From contig NC_014972.1 of NCBI RefSeq assembly GCF_000186885.1, positions 660,001 through 692,000 on the forward strand: a DNA stretch of 32,000 nt, read 5' to 3'. A program made the position numbers and the translations under genes. Shown in pieces: positions 31,084 to 32,000 of this stretch (positions are counted from its first letter, which is position 1; each line of letters begins with the position of its first letter). The notes beneath the pieces are model-generated. The model did no database searches. It was not told where the DNA came from and saw only the letters and a list, made by a program, of their open reading frames with translations. The DNA comes from Desulfobulbus propionicus DSM 2032 (lineage in GTDB: Bacteria; Desulfobacterota; Desulfobulbia; Desulfobulbales; Desulfobulbaceae).

Positions 31084-32000
31084 TCAGAAGTAGACCCCCT
31101 TGACCTCGGCCCGGTTCGTTGCGGTGACACCGGTCCCGATCCGGTGTGCCATCCGGCACGCCTCCTTGACCATGTCGTTGATCCCGATTCCCTTCCAGCC
31201 AAAACCGCACAGATGGAGATCGGCGTGGGCGGCATGGATCTCGTCCCGCCAGCGGAGCAACTCGGGATAGCCGGCCTCCAGCTGGGGAATGGCGGCCCGG
31301 GGCCGGAGCACGGCGCTGAAGCAGGGCGGCGGCAGCTCCATCAGCTCCTGGAGATCGGCGTGGACCGACTCGATCAGTTGATCATCGCTCAGTTCCAGCC
31401 GCTCGGGATGGCGGCGGCCGCCGACCAGGGCCTCGACGAGCTGACACCCTTGCGGCGCCCGGCCGGGAAACATGTGCGAGGAAAACAGGGCGCCGAGGGC
31501 GAAGCGTTGCTCGCGCTCGGGTGCCAGGTAGCCGAAACCAAAGGGGATGCGGGCGCGCTGGTCATAACCGAGCAACACCGAGAGGATGCGGGCTTCGGGA
31601 ATCTGGGGCAACGGCGGAGGCGTTTCCGGCAGGGCGGGGGCAAGGAGATGCAGGCAAGGATTGACCGGCAGGGCCACCACCAGGTGGCGGCAGGTGATGT
31701 CCGCCTGTTCGGTCTGCACCAGCCAGCCGCCCTCATCGCGCTCGATACCCCGGACCGGGTTGCCGTACAGGATCTCTTTTCCCGCCCGCAGACCGGCCGC
31801 CAGCCGGGTCGGCAGCATGGCCATGCCGCCGCTGAAACTGGTCATGGCCGGCAGGTGTTTCTTGCCTTTTTTCGCTCCCTTACCCTTCCGCATTTTGTGG
31901 ACCACGCCGCGAATCACCGAGCCGTGCATCCGCTCCAGCTCACGCACCCCGGGCATGACCGCGTCGATCTTCAGCCGCTCGAAGTCGCCGGCATAGGTGC
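31084..32000 (-). CDS. Protoporphyrinogen oxidase-like FAD-dependent oxidoreductase (HemY family), N-terminus outside window
   Basis: The frame remains open to the window edge. The central and C-terminal pattern (LERMHGSVIRG...LLGYD...GFGYL...FSSHMFPGRAP...GWKGIGINDMVKEA) resembles the HemY/PPOX family. Confidence 0.7.
   Translation of the reverse strand, partial: TYAGDFERLKIDAVMPGVRELERMHGSVIRGVVHKMRKGKGAKKGKKHLPAMTSFSGGMAMLPTRLAAGLRAGKEILYGNPVRGIERDEGGWLVQTEQADITCRHLVVALPVNPCLHLLAPALPETPPPLPQIPEARILSVLLGYDQRARIPFGFGYLAPEREQRFALGALFSSHMFPGRAPQGCQLVEALVGGRRHPERLELSDDQLIESVHADLQELMELPPPCFSAVLRPRAAIPQLEAGYPELLRWRDEIHAAHADLHLCGFGWKGIGINDMVKEACRMAHRIGTGVTATNRAEVKGVYF

Overview
High-GC (roughly 60-65% by eye) bacterial chromosomal window. 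The gene content (multi-PAS histidine kinases, a sigma-54 activator, c-type multiheme cytochrome with NrfC/NrfD partners, radical SAM and Fe-S flavoproteins) suggests an anaerobic Desulfobacterota-like organism; that taxon call is inference only. I call about 27 protein genes, no rRNA, tRNA or CRISPR, and no intact mobile element. Left to right: pstS fragment and pstB; a minus-strand group of HMG-CoA-lyase-like gene, ZIP metal transporter and a 1246-aa hybrid sensor kinase; a plus-strand sensory operon of soluble GAF/PAS histidine kinase, membrane-anchored stand-alone PAS protein and REC-PAS-AAA+ sigma-54 activator. Next comes a six-gene unit behind a good sigma-54 promoter: catalytically degenerate IS1595-type transposase homolog, FtsH, pentaheme cytochrome c, NrfC-like Fe-S protein, NrfD-like membrane protein and a pseudo-histidine kinase. 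A second sigma-54 promoter drives two small membrane proteins. These are followed by a cytidylate-kinase-like gene; a minus-strand five-gene cluster (TsaA/TrmO-like, PaaI thioesterase, MBL hydrolase, radical SAM, Cys-rich unknown); a DUF4407 membrane coiled-coil protein; an Isf-type flavoprotein, an orphan PIN-like gene and a ferredoxin-nitroreductase fusion. The window ends with an AT-rich candidate oriC, dnaA (not followed by dnaN) and a convergent protoporphyrinogen-oxidase-like fragment. The main lead is a putative local sigma-54 regulon. A paired 16-bp palindrome (GCCACR-N4-YGTGGY) recurs in three intergenic regions, two of which carry a well-spaced -24/-12 promoter and one only weak candidates. 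It links the kinase/PAS/activator operon to the transposase-derived/FtsH/cytochrome/pseudo-kinase operon and to the small-membrane-protein pair. All functions are inferred by eye from motifs; no database search was possible.
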